Source: Candidatus Eiseniibacteriota bacterium
Lineage (GTDB): Bacteria; Eisenbacteria; RBG-16-71-46; SZUA-252
Direction: 5' to 3'
Assembly (NCBI GenBank): GCA_036380835.1
Contig: DASVDZ010000031.1
Coordinates: forward strand, 14,574 to 78,573
DNA: 64,000 bases
Under the pieces are notes generated by a model, which was not told the DNA's origin, did not search any database, and saw nothing but the letters and a program-made list of their open reading frames with translations. Every line of letters begins with the position of its first letter. Within the stretch, counting starts at the first letter, position 1. The translations under genes and the position numbers were made by a program. Positions 17,105 to 25,796 of the stretch are shown in pieces.

Positions 17105-19786
17105 ATGTTCGATTCCGATCTCAGGCACTATCTCAAGGCCGCGCAGGGCGACGAGCCGCCGGCGCGCTTCACCGATCCCCGCTGGGGGGAAACGGAGGCG
17201 CTGGCGCGCCGCTTGATCGAGACGAGCGCCGCGGAGGCGGCGCTTCGCGCGCTGGAGCAGGAACCCGCGCGGAAGAAGCGCTGGGACCTCCTCCTCCTCG
17301 CCGGGCTGCTCCAGCAGGGGCTCGGCGAACGGTCGCTCTCGCTCGACGCGCTCGAGGTGGTGGCCGACAAGCTGCTGGCGGCCGACGATCGCGAGGGCGT
17401 GCTCGCGCTCCTGCCCCACTTCCTCGATCCCGAGCCGAGCGGTTCGGCCGTCCGTTTCCTCCACTATGTCGCGAAGGGCGCGGCCGACGAGGAGGAGCGG
17501 ATCGAGCGCCTGCGCGAGGCCGTGGGCATCCGCCCGGGCGACGCGACGCTCCACCGGGAGATCTCGGAGGCCCTGGAGCGCGTCGGCGACATGGACGCGG
17601 CGCGCGAGCACCGGCTCCGCGCCCTCGAGCTGACCATCGAAGCGGGCGTGATCGAGGGCCTGGGCGAGACGCTCCTCCGCGTCATCGAGGAGGACCTGGC
17701 GCACGGCCCGGGCCGCGTCGCGCGGATCCTGCTCCGCTACGCGGCGCGCGCGGACTGGAGCGACGTCGAGCCGCTCCTCGAGCTGGCGCTTCCCGAGCTC
17801 GAGGCGAAGGCGCGCGGGACGATCACCTGGGACGACCTGGCGCCGATCGGCCCCAAGTTCCCCGGGCGGGCCGCGGCTCGCGCGATCGCCGCGCGGCTGC
17901 TCGGGATCGTCGTGGCGAAGGAGCCGCACCCCGAGACCATCCTCGAAGGCTCCGGGATCGCCGATCCTTCCATCCCCTTCGACCAGGTGGCCGCGCGGCT
18001 CCCGAAGATCCTCCAGCTCCCGCCCGGCGCGTACGTCACGCACCAGTCGTGGGGCCTGGGCCGCGTGCTCGCGAGCGACGGCGAGTCGCTCACGCTCGAG
18101 CTTCCCGGGCGGTCGGGACACAAGATGTCGTTTGCCATGGCCTCCCGGTCGCTCGACCGGCTTCCGCCGGACGGGCTCCGCGTCCTCGCGATCGAGGACG
18201 AAGCGCGCGCGCGCGCGTTGGCGGACGAAGGGAGCGCCGAGGTGCTCGTCCGCGTGCTCCGAGACGTGGGCGGCGTCGCGACGCAGGCCCAGCTCAAACC
18301 GCGCCTCGAGGCGGCGCTCCCGGGATACGACTGGAGCGCGTACTGGAAGCAGGCCAAGGACTCCTGGAAGGCCGACCCTCGCATCGACTCGAGCGAGGGC
18401 TACCGCGGGAACTTCCGTCTCGCCGCGGAGGGCTCCGCCGCCGCGAGCGTGACCCTGCCGCGCCTCGGGCCGCGCGCTCCGGCGGCAGGGCTCAACCTGA
18501 TCAAGAAATTCCTCCGCGAGCATCCGGAGGAAGAGCACGCCCTCAAGGAGGAGGTCGGCGCGATGGTCGCCCGCTGGGCCGACGATTCGCGCCTCGACGT
18601 GCCCGGGCGCGCGCAGGCGCTCTGCTATGCGGCGGGATGGCACGCGCTGGCCGCCGATGCCGCGCGGGCGTCGCTCGAAGCGCTGATCGGCGAGGGGCTA
18701 AGGCCCGACGACGTGGCGCTCGGCCTCAATCAGGATCAGCTCCTCGACCTCGCGCACGGCGCCGAGGGGGAGGAGCGCTTCCTCTGGCGCGCCGTCGAGA
18801 GCCGCCTGCCCCGCCTTCGCGAGCGCGGCCGGGCGCGCCTCCGCGCGCTTCTCGGCGACGGGCGATACGCGAAGACCGTGGAACAGCAGATCGCGCGATC
18901 CGGCGAGGAGACGGGACTTGCCACGCGGCTGATCGAGCACTTCACCGCGAAGCCGGCGGACCCGGGGGCTCCTTCCAAGGAGACGCTCCTGGTCGCGACG
19001 ATCCGACTGCTCGAGCGCGAGCTGCCCGAGGGCGTGCCGGAACGCCTCCTCGTCCTCGTCGCCGAGGGGGGCGTCTTCGACGCGCGGTTCGGCGGCTCGC
19101 CGCCGGACGCCGAGGCGTCGGACGCGATCGAGCGGACGGTCGTCCACTGGGCGGGGAGCGAGCGCCGCCTCGTGCCGATCCTCGAGTTCCTCCATCGAAA
19201 CGGGCTGGGCCCGATCGCGGACGAATACGAGCGCCGCCGCAAGGCGCGCGCGCAGGGGCTCCTCGAGGGAAAGAGCACGGAGGACGTGGAGACGCAATTC
19301 GTCCTCATGACGCGCGGCACGTACGACCGGCTGCAGGAGGACCTGAAGCGGATGGCGCTCGAGCTCAAGACGTCGATCCCCGCGGCGATCGAAAAGGCGC
19401 GCCAGCTCGGCGACTTGAGGGAGAACGCCGAGTACGAGGCGGCGAAGCAGCGCCAGGCGAACGCCGCGGTGAGGATCCAGGAGCTGATGAAGACGATCCA
19501 GCACGCGCGCCTGATCGAGAACATGGAGATCGACCCGTCCCGCGTCGGCGTGGGAACGGAGGCGCGGCTCGCCCCGCTCGACCAAGACGCCGCCCCGATG
19601 ACCCTCTGGATCCTGGGCGAGGGCGACAACGCCCTCGGGCCGGGCATCCTCTCCTACCGGGCGCCGCTCGCGCGGCCGCTCCTCGGCAAGGGAGCGGGCG
19701 CGGAGGTGGCCATCCCGACCATCGAGGGGCCCCGGCGCTACCGGATCGAATCGATCCGCAAGCGACTTCCAGGCGACCCGGCCTAG
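17105..19786 (+). CDS. large (about 890 aa) alpha-helical protein with an internal CarD/TRCF-RID-like segment and a C-terminal GreA/GreB transcript-cleavage-factor domain
   Basis: The last roughly 155 aa read GDLRENAEYEAAKQRQANAAVRIQELMKTIQHARLI...GDNALGPGILSYRAPLARPLLGKGAGAEV...RRYRIESI, which align to GreA (GDLKENAEYHAAREQQ...). The mid-protein segment PGAYVTHQSWGLGRVLASDGESLTLELPGRSGHKMSF...DGLR resembles the CarD_CdnL_TRCF motif (GDxVVHxxHGIGxV...GLR). The rest is TPR-like helical sequence with coherent high GC3. It is a continuous ORF of 905 codons from 17069; the start is placed at 17105 because codons 1-12 have low GC3. Confidence 0.7.
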   Translation: MFDSDLRHYLKAAQGDEPPARFTDPRWGETEALARRLIETSAAEAALRALEQEPARKKRWDLLLLAGLLQQGLGERSLSLDALEVVADKLLAADDREGVLALLPHFLDPEPSGSAVRFLHYVAKGAADEEERIERLREAVGIRPGDATLHREISEALERVGDMDAAREHRLRALELTIEAGVIEGLGETLLRVIEEDLAHGPGRVARILLRYAARADWSDVEPLLELALPELEAKARGTITWDDLAPIGPKFPGRAAARAIAARLLGIVVAKEPHPETILEGSGIADPSIPFDQVAARLPKILQLPPGAYVTHQSWGLGRVLASDGESLTLELPGRSGHKMSFAMASRSLDRLPPDGLRVLAIEDEARARALADEGSAEVLVRVLRDVGGVATQAQLKPRLEAALPGYDWSAYWKQAKDSWKADPRIDSSEGYRGNFRLAAEGSAAASVTLPRLGPRAPAAGLNLIKKFLREHPEEEHALKEEVGAMVARWADDSRLDVPGRAQALCYAAGWHALAADAARASLEALIGEGLRPDDVALGLNQDQLLDLAHGAEGEERFLWRAVESRLPRLRERGRARLRALLGDGRYAKTVEQQIARSGEETGLATRLIEHFTAKPADPGAPSKETLLVATIRLLERELPEGVPERLLVLVAEGGVFDARFGGSPPDAEASDAIERTVVHWAGSERRLVPILEFLHRNGLGPIADEYERRRKARAQGLLEGKSTEDVETQFVLMTRGTYDRLQEDLKRMALELKTSIPAAIEKARQLGDLRENAEYEAAKQRQANAAVRIQELMKTIQHARLIENMEIDPSRVGVGTEARLAPLDQDAAPMTLWILGEGDNALGPGILSYRAPLARPLLGKGAGAEVAIPTIEGPRRYRIESIRKRLPGDPA

Positions 19787-19886
19787 CCCGGCCGCATCTG
19801 ATATAGTTGGAGCCTCGCAGGAAATCACTCCGTCCCGGACCGCCGGGACCGTCCACCGGGAATCCCAGGCGAAAGGAGAATGCGCC

Positions 19887-20498
19887 ATGGCGAAGCATGT
19901 GGTGAAGCCGCTTCCCTATGCCAACGACGGGCTCAAGGGGATCGGCGCCAAGACGATGGAGATCCACCACGACAAGCTCTACGCGGGCTACGTGAACAAG
20001 CGGAACGAGATCGAGGAAGCGCTCGGAAAGGTCGACCGCAGCAAGGCGAACCAGATCTATTCCGAGATGCGCGGCCTCAAGGCCGAAGAGACCTTCGCCG
20101 CGAACGGACAGATCCTGCACGAGATCTATTTCGCGGTCATGGGCGGCGACGGCCAGCAGAAGGGCGAGGTGATCGACAAGATCAAGGAGGACTTCGGCAC
20201 GCTGGCGGCGTGGGAGGAGGACTTCAAGGCCTCCGCCATGTGCGCGCGCGGCTGGGTCGTCCTGGCGTACGACCCGACCGACGGGAAGCTCCACAACTTC
20301 ATCGGCGACGCCCAGAACCAGGGGGGCGTCTGGGGCACGACGCCGGTCCTGAACTGCGACACGTACGAGCACTCCTACTTCATCGACTACGGCTCCGATC
20401 GGAAGGCCTACGTCGAGGCGTTCTTCCGCAACATCAACTGGGCCGAGGTCAACCGGCGCTACCTCGCGGCCGCCAACATGGCGATGGCCAAGAAGTAA
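19887..20498 (+). CDS. superoxide dismutase, Fe/Mn family
   Basis: Motifs: LPYANDGLKGIGAKTMEIHHDKLYAGYVNK and DTYEHSYFIDYGSDRKAYVEAFFRNINWAEV. All four metal ligands are conserved. An SD AAAGGAGA precedes the start. Confidence 0.9.
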   Translation: MAKHVVKPLPYANDGLKGIGAKTMEIHHDKLYAGYVNKRNEIEEALGKVDRSKANQIYSEMRGLKAEETFAANGQILHEIYFAVMGGDGQQKGEVIDKIKEDFGTLAAWEEDFKASAMCARGWVVLAYDPTDGKLHNFIGDAQNQGGVWGTTPVLNCDTYEHSYFIDYGSDRKAYVEAFFRNINWAEVNRRYLAAANMAMAKK

Positions 20499-20518
20499 TC
20501 GACGGTCCGTTGCAGATC

Positions 20519-20560
20519 GGCGGGCGCCGGTGCACATTGCACGGCGCCCGCTTCGTTTCC
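20519..20560 (+). terminator. intrinsic terminator after sod
   Basis: The hairpin is GCGGGCGCCG-gtgcacattgcac-CGGCGCCCGC (10 bp stem). It is followed by a TTCGTTTCC run. Confidence 0.6.
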
Positions 20561-20733
20561 CACCCGCCACTGACCGCCGCAGGAATCAACCCCCCCAAGC
20601 CCAGCGACTTACGCCGCGCCGCCTCGTTTTCGCGCCGTGGCATGTCCCTTGCACGACCACCCGCCCGGGTTTCACCGACTATTCCTGCCGAATCATGGAC
20701 GCGATGGGGATCGCGGAGGCCAAGGAGACCGAC

Positions 20734-21273
20734 ATGAAGACGTTCAAGTGGTTCGCGTTGGCGGCGCTGGCGGCGGTGGTCCTGCTCGGGATGGGCGGGT
20801 GCACCAGCACGTCGACCCGTTCGATTCTGACGGTGGAGAGCGTCAACGACGGCAAGGTCTTCTACAGCGACCTCGTCTCCGACAGCGGGCTGGTCGTCGC
20901 GGACGAGGCGAACGTGGTCTTCGGGAACATCCAGAACGACGGCGGCGCCCCGCTCGCGCCGGGCTCGCCGTTTTCCGAGATCGTCGTGACCGGATATACG
21001 GTCACCTACGACAGCGGGATCTACGCGTCGGTGACCGGCGGCTTGACCGCGCGCGTCCCCTCCGGCGGCAACGCCACGGTCTCGATCGCGCTGAGCGACC
21101 TCGCCTCCAAGGCGGCCGTGCCGCTCAACACCGCGGCCTCCACGACGGCCCGCATCAAGTTCACCGGCTTCGTGCTGACGAACGGCGGGAACAACGGAGA
21201 CGGCGTGACGGCGCTCGCGAGCGTTCCGGTCGTGATCGCCAACTTCAAGGACTCGGATATCCCCGGAAACTAG
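20734..21273 (+). CDS. lipoprotein of unknown function
   Basis: An SD AAGGAG lies 7 nt upstream of the ATG. The signal peptide MKTFKWFALAALAAVVLLGMGGC carries a lipobox. The mature part is Gly/Thr/Ser-rich and predicted to be beta. Confidence 0.6.
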   Translation: MKTFKWFALAALAAVVLLGMGGCTSTSTRSILTVESVNDGKVFYSDLVSDSGLVVADEANVVFGNIQNDGGAPLAPGSPFSEIVVTGYTVTYDSGIYASVTGGLTARVPSGGNATVSIALSDLASKAAVPLNTAASTTARIKFTGFVLTNGGNNGDGVTALASVPVVIANFKDSDIPGN

Positions 21274-21305
21274 GCGCGTCTCCGAGGAAGCGTCGCGATC
21301 CCCGC

Positions 21306-21336
21306 GGCCCGGGCCCCACGGCTCGGGCCGTTTTCG
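21306..21336. terminator. bidirectional intrinsic terminator between convergent genes
   Basis: The hairpin is GGCCCGGGCC-ccac-GGCTCGGGCC (10 bp with one G.U). A TTTTCG run follows on the plus strand. Confidence 0.5.
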
Positions 21337-21358
21337 TCGGGCGCCGATCGAGGCGGGA

Positions 21359-21889
21359 TCACTTCGCCCGGACGGCGGCCGGCTGGGCGGTCCCCTGGTG
21401 GGGCACCACCTTGACGATCACGATGCCCCAGGCGTCCGAGCGGTGGAAGACGCGCCCGGTGACGTCCACCTTCTTGTGGATGTACGGAAGGAGCGGCGCG
21501 TTGGGGTTCTGGTTGGGCAGCTCGCCCGCGACGAAATAGATCCGGTCCTGGACGCGGTCGTAGACCGCGAGCGTCTGGCCCGAACGGGCGCAGTCGACCG
21601 CGCACTGATAGTGGCCCGGTCCGATCGACTTCTCCCCCGCCTCGAGGAAACAGGCGGGATCCATCACCTCTCCGACGATCGTCTTGTACTCGCCCCGATC
21701 GGGAAGCGCCTTCGACGCCTCGCCCATCGATCCCATGTCGTGGTGCTGGTGCTCCGCGGCGCCGGCGGACGGGGGCTTGACCGCGGCCGGGGACCCTTCG
21801 TCCGAGCGCGCCCGCGGCGCGTGGAGGCCGATCAGGGCGACGACGAGCAGGAGGCCCGCCAGGAGGCCGGCGTTCTGGATGCGTTTCAT
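21359..21889 (-). CDS. secreted protein of unknown function, paralog A (conserved DPAC ... H-x2-C-A-x2-C-A motif)
   Basis: An SD GGAGGA precedes the ATG at 21889. The signal peptide is MKRIQNAGLLAGLLLVVALIGLHA. The mature region reads KTIVGEVMDPACFLEAGEKSIGPGHYQCAVDCARSGQTLAV...VDVTGRVFHRSDAWGIVIVKVVP. It sits 34 bp downstream of its paralog. Confidence 0.65.
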   Translation of the reverse strand: MKRIQNAGLLAGLLLVVALIGLHAPRARSDEGSPAAVKPPSAGAAEHQHHDMGSMGEASKALPDRGEYKTIVGEVMDPACFLEAGEKSIGPGHYQCAVDCARSGQTLAVYDRVQDRIYFVAGELPNQNPNAPLLPYIHKKVDVTGRVFHRSDAWGIVIVKVVPHQGTAQPAAVRAK

Positions 21890-21923
21890 TTGGAGTTCCT
21901 CCGCGCGGCCGGCTTCGACGGGC

Positions 21924-22334
21924 CTACTTGGCGTCCCTTCCGGCGGGCTGGATCGACGTGACCTGGATTCCCCACGCCCCGTTCCGCGTGTAGACCTTCC
22001 CCGTGACGGCCACGTTCTGGGCGACGAAATCGAGAACCCCCTTGTTGGGATCCTCGCCCGGCTTCTCGCTCGCCAGGATGTAGAGCCGGTTCGTCTTCTT
22101 CTCGAGGATCGCCAGCGTCTGGCCCGCCTTGGCGCACGCGATCGCGCATTCCTTGTGCGTTTCCCCGTGCGCGCCGTTGATGATCCAACACGCGGGATCG
22201 ACCACCTCGCCCACGATGGTCTTCGTGCCGGTCGCCGGAGGCGCCGCGACGGCGTGCCCCGCGGCCAGGGCGAGCGCCCCGATGATCGACGCGAGCAGGA
22301 GCGCGCCCGCGAGCCCAGTCTTGGTGATTCGCAT
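21924..22334 (-). CDS. secreted protein of unknown function, paralog B
   Basis: An SD GGAGGA is present. The signal peptide is MRITKTGLAGALLLASIIGALALAAGHAVA. The mature region reads KTIVGEVVDPACWIINGAHGETHKECAIACAKAGQTLAI...VAVTGKVYTRNGAWGIQVTSIQP. It is about 45% identical to paralog A, with colinear Cys/His positions. Confidence 0.65.
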   Translation of the reverse strand: MRITKTGLAGALLLASIIGALALAAGHAVAAPPATGTKTIVGEVVDPACWIINGAHGETHKECAIACAKAGQTLAILEKKTNRLYILASEKPGEDPNKGVLDFVAQNVAVTGKVYTRNGAWGIQVTSIQPAGRDAK

Positions 22335-22459
22335 TCGTTTCCTCCCTGTGAGACAGACACGACGCGGCGGAACGGCGGTATTCCTCAAGCGTATCAAAGG
22401 GGGCATACCCCTGCAAGGATGGGGGGTTCCGGCGACGCGCGGCGCGGCCCGACGCGCCC

Positions 22460-23617
22460 TCAGCCTCCCGATCGCTCGATGGCGCCGTATTGACGGGCCA
22501 TGACGCCTTCCGCGGGCTTGTTCTGGGGCGTGTAGCCGGTGTTCCTCGCGGGGTCGGAGCGCGCCATGTCGGGGAACCACTTCCAGAAGAAGATGCCGCG
22601 GATCCACGCGTTCGCGCGGGCGCACCGGAGGAGGGATTCGTAGCAGCGCGCCTGCGTCCCCGGGGACGGGTTCCCCCGCAGGTCCCACTCCCAGGGGCGG
22701 GACGCGGCGGTGTCGAGACTGTGGTAGCCCGCCTCGGTGAGGACGACCGGCTTCCCGAGCCGCCGCGAGAGCGCCTCCAGCCGAGCCAGCGGGCCGCGCC
22801 ATCCGGCGCAGAGCACCTCCACCGAAGGATCGACGCGATCGCTGAGCGGGTAGTACGCCTGGACTCCGATCCAGTCGAGCGCGTCCCAGAACCGGATCCG
22901 GTCCACCTCCCCGCTCCAGTTCGCGCAGTAGACGAGCGCTCCGTGGTAGCGCGCGCGGACCCGGGCGATCACGGCGCGCCACTCCCGCTCCCGCCGGGTC
23001 GTCCCTTCCAGCTCGGTGCCGATCGCGAGCGCCTCGATGCCGTTTCGTTCCGCGAGATCCGCGTAGTGGAGGATGAAGGTCTCGTAGCCCTGGAACCACT
23101 TCGCCCAGTCGGCCTCGCTCTTCATCGCGATCGCCCCGACCCACCCGGCGTGCGTCCAGACGTGGGGCTTCAGGAGCACGCGGATTCCCCGGGCGTGGGC
23201 GAGGCGCGTCGTCTCGATCAGCCCGGCGTCGCTCTCGCCCCAGAATCCGAAGGAGCCCGTCGAGAGGCGAATGGCCGGCTCGTCGAGCCGGCGCTGCCAG
23301 CCGAAGGGGGTCTGGGAGATCCAGGAGACGTGGTCCCGGAGGAGCGGATCGAGATGGGCCGGGCCGATGCGGCCTCCCGCGACCCAGCAGACGCCGCGCA
23401 TGAATCGGGCGGTCGTCGCGGCGCGGGGACCCCTCGCGCCGGCCGCTCCGGGCACGAGAACGAGCGCCGCGAGCGCCGCGAGCGCCGTCGCCGCCGCGGC
23501 GGCGGCCGAGGCGGTCCGAGGGACGAGGCCGCGCGCGGGAGCGAGCGCCTTTTTGCTACACTCGCGTCGTCCCGTCCGAAACGCGTATCCGGAGAAGGTC
23601 CATGCCCAAGGCGTCAC
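22460..23617 (-). CDS. glycoside hydrolase, clan GH-A TIM-barrel type (family uncertain; GH113/GH5-like)
   Basis: Motifs: SQTPFGWQ, LKPHVWTHAGW, IGTELEG and VLTEAGYHS (candidate catalytic Glu residues). The GTG start at 23617 overlaps the divergent aminotransferase start by 16 bp. The true start may therefore be internal, for example the ATG at 23401. Confidence 0.55.
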   Translation of the reverse strand: MTPWAWTFSGYAFRTGRRECSKKALAPARGLVPRTASAAAAAATALAALAALVLVPGAAGARGPRAATTARFMRGVCWVAGGRIGPAHLDPLLRDHVSWISQTPFGWQRRLDEPAIRLSTGSFGFWGESDAGLIETTRLAHARGIRVLLKPHVWTHAGWVGAIAMKSEADWAKWFQGYETFILHYADLAERNGIEALAIGTELEGTTRREREWRAVIARVRARYHGALVYCANWSGEVDRIRFWDALDWIGVQAYYPLSDRVDPSVEVLCAGWRGPLARLEALSRRLGKPVVLTEAGYHSLDTAASRPWEWDLRGNPSPGTQARCYESLLRCARANAWIRGIFFWKWFPDMARSDPARNTGYTPQNKPAEGVMARQYGAIERSGG

Positions 23618-24882
23618 GTCGTTCCGAGCTTATACCGTTTTCTCCCATCCGCACCATGTTCCGCATGGCGGACGAGCTGGAGCGGGCCGGCGGCGGCCCG
23701 GTCTACCGGCTCCACGTCGGCGATCCCGATTTCACGCCGCCCGAAGCGGTCCTCGAAGGCACCATCGCGGCCCTCCGCGGCGGCAAGACCCACTACGCGC
23801 CGAGCGCCGGCGTCCAGGACCTGAGAACAGCCGTCGCGGAGAAGGCGCGCTCGCGAAACGGCATCGCCGCGACCACGGAGCACGTGGTGATCACGCCGGG
23901 CTCCACGCAGGCGCTCTTCGCGGTGATGGAGCTGATGTTCGGTCCGGGGGAGGAGATGCTCCTCCCGGAGATCTATTGGCCGAACTACGTCCAGCAGGTC
24001 CTCCTGATCGGAGGAAAGCCGGTCTTCTATCCCCTCGGGGCCGGGTATCAACCCGACCTCGGCGCGGCGCGGCGCGTCGGCTCGGCGTCCGCCCGCGGCA
24101 TCCTCATCAACAGTCCGAGCAATCCGACCGGCGCCGTGTTTCCCGAGGCGTCCCTGAGGACCCTCTACCAGATCGCGCGAGAGCGGGACCTCTGGATCCT
24201 GAGCGACGAGGCCTACGAGGACTTCGTCTTCGGCGGCGCGCACGTCTCGCCGGCCTCGTTCGAGCGGGACCTGCCCGAGTCCGAACGGCGCGTCTTCACG
24301 CTCTTCACGTTCTCGAAGTCGTACGCGATGACGGGGCTTCGGCTCGGCGCGGTGATCACGCCGTCGCTTCGCGCGGCGACCCTCCTCCGGAAGGTGCAGG
24401 AGCCGCTCGTGGCGAGCGCCGCCATGCCGACCCAGCTCGGAGCGCTTCCCGCCCTCCGTGAGAGCGAGCGCGCGGGCGTGGCCCGCATGCGCGAGGTCTA
24501 CCGCCGCCGTCGCGATCTCGCGCTCGAGCTCCTGCGGCCCGCGGGCCTCGCGGACTACGTCCCGGAGGGGGCCTTCTACATCATGGCCGACGTCTCGTCA
24601 ACCGGGATGACCGGCGACCAATTCGCCGAGGCGCTGCTCCGCGAGGAGCGGGTCGCCGTGGCGCCCGGCGCCGGCTTCGCGCTCGAGCCCGAGTTCCTTC
24701 CCGATGGAACGCCGCGGGCCGAGCCGAGCCCGAGCGGCATGCCCGACTACCCCACGAATCCCAAGGCGCTCCAGCGCGTCCGGATCGCGTTCTGCGTCTC
24801 GGACGAGGAGCTAAGGGAGGGCCTCACTCGGATGGTGCGGTTCGTGGAACGAAATCGGGCCGCGACCGTCCCCGGCGGCTGA
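23602..24882 (+). CDS. PLP-dependent aminotransferase class I/II (aspartate/aromatic aminotransferase-like)
   Basis: Motifs: IPFSPIRTMFRMADE, LHVGDPDFTPP, INSPSNPTG and SFSKSYAMTGLRLG (SKxxxMTGxRxG Lys motif). An SD GGAGAAGG precedes the start. Confidence 0.85.
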   Translation: MPKASRRSELIPFSPIRTMFRMADELERAGGGPVYRLHVGDPDFTPPEAVLEGTIAALRGGKTHYAPSAGVQDLRTAVAEKARSRNGIAATTEHVVITPGSTQALFAVMELMFGPGEEMLLPEIYWPNYVQQVLLIGGKPVFYPLGAGYQPDLGAARRVGSASARGILINSPSNPTGAVFPEASLRTLYQIARERDLWILSDEAYEDFVFGGAHVSPASFERDLPESERRVFTLFTFSKSYAMTGLRLGAVITPSLRAATLLRKVQEPLVASAAMPTQLGALPALRESERAGVARMREVYRRRRDLALELLRPAGLADYVPEGAFYIMADVSSTGMTGDQFAEALLREERVAVAPGAGFALEPEFLPDGTPRAEPSPSGMPDYPTNPKALQRVRIAFCVSDEELREGLTRMVRFVERNRAATVPGG

Positions 24883-24924
24883 CCCCGGGGGGGGTCTCAC
24901 GAACGAGAGAGGAGGGGCCGCGCC

Positions 24925-25728
24925 TCAGCGCGCGGGGGGCGGCCCCGCGCCCGCGCCGCCGCGCGCGAGGAGCGAGAGCGCCTCGTCGTGCACGCGCCCG
25001 TTCGACGTGACGAGGTGGCCCGCGCCCAGGCCCCGCTCCCCGGTGACCGACGTGGCGCGCCCGCCCGCCTCCTCCACCAGGAGGATCAGCGGCGCCACGT
25101 CCCACGGCTTCACCCGCGGGTCGTAGGCCAGCTCGCCCGCGCCTTCGGCGACGAGCACGTGCTGGTAGAAGTCGCCGAACCCGCGCGTCCGATCGGCGCT
25201 CGAGAAGAGGGCGGACCAGCCGCCGCCGAGGGTGGCGCCCGACGCGTCCTTGAGGCCGCCGTGGAGGAGCTGCGCGTCACGAAGCGAGCCGACGGCCGAG
25301 ACGTGGAGGCGCCGGTCGCCGCGGAAGGCGCCGCGCCCGCGAGCCGCGTGCCACCGGGTCCCGAGCGCCGGCGCCGAGACGACGCCCGCGATCACCTCGC
25401 CCGATTCCTCGATCGCGAGCAGGGTGGCGAAGATCGGGATCCCGCGCATGAAATTCTTCGTGGCGTCGATCGGGTCGAGGATCAACCGCGTTTCCGACGA
25501 GCCTTCGAGCGCTCCCTCCTCCTCGCCGAGGATGCCGAAGTGCGGGTAGTGGCTCCGCGTCCTTCGCCGCACCATCGCTTCGATCTCGCGATCCGCCTCG
25601 GTCACGGGCGAGGCGTCGGCCTTCCGTTCGACCCGCAGCCCGGAGGAGCGGAAGTGGCGAAGCGCGATCGAGTCGGCCTCGTCGGCGAGCTGGTGCAGGA
25701 ACTCGAGGCGCCGCTCGGGCGTGTTCAC
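24925..25728 (-). CDS. inositol monophosphatase family protein (IMPase/HisN-like)
   Basis: Motifs: EADREIE, LDPIDATKNFMRGIP (DPIDGT-type motif) and WDVAPLILLVEEAGG. The GTG start is at 25728; no ATG is available. Confidence 0.78.
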   Translation of the reverse strand: MNTPERRLEFLHQLADEADSIALRHFRSSGLRVERKADASPVTEADREIEAMVRRRTRSHYPHFGILGEEEGALEGSSETRLILDPIDATKNFMRGIPIFATLLAIEESGEVIAGVVSAPALGTRWHAARGRGAFRGDRRLHVSAVGSLRDAQLLHGGLKDASGATLGGGWSALFSSADRTRGFGDFYQHVLVAEGAGELAYDPRVKPWDVAPLILLVEEAGGRATSVTGERGLGAGHLVTSNGRVHDEALSLLARGGAGAGPPPAR

Positions 25729-25796
25729 GCGCGGCGCCGCCACTCGGGGCGGGAGGCCGGCGCTTCGGGCGTCGCGGACAGGGGGTCCTCCTCGAG

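Noticed and set aside
19820-19845. Hairpin GTCCCGG-accg-CCGGGAC between the GreA-fusion gene and sod, considered as a terminator
   Set aside because: It has a short stem and no downstream T-run. It lies inside the sod upstream region and is more likely incidental.
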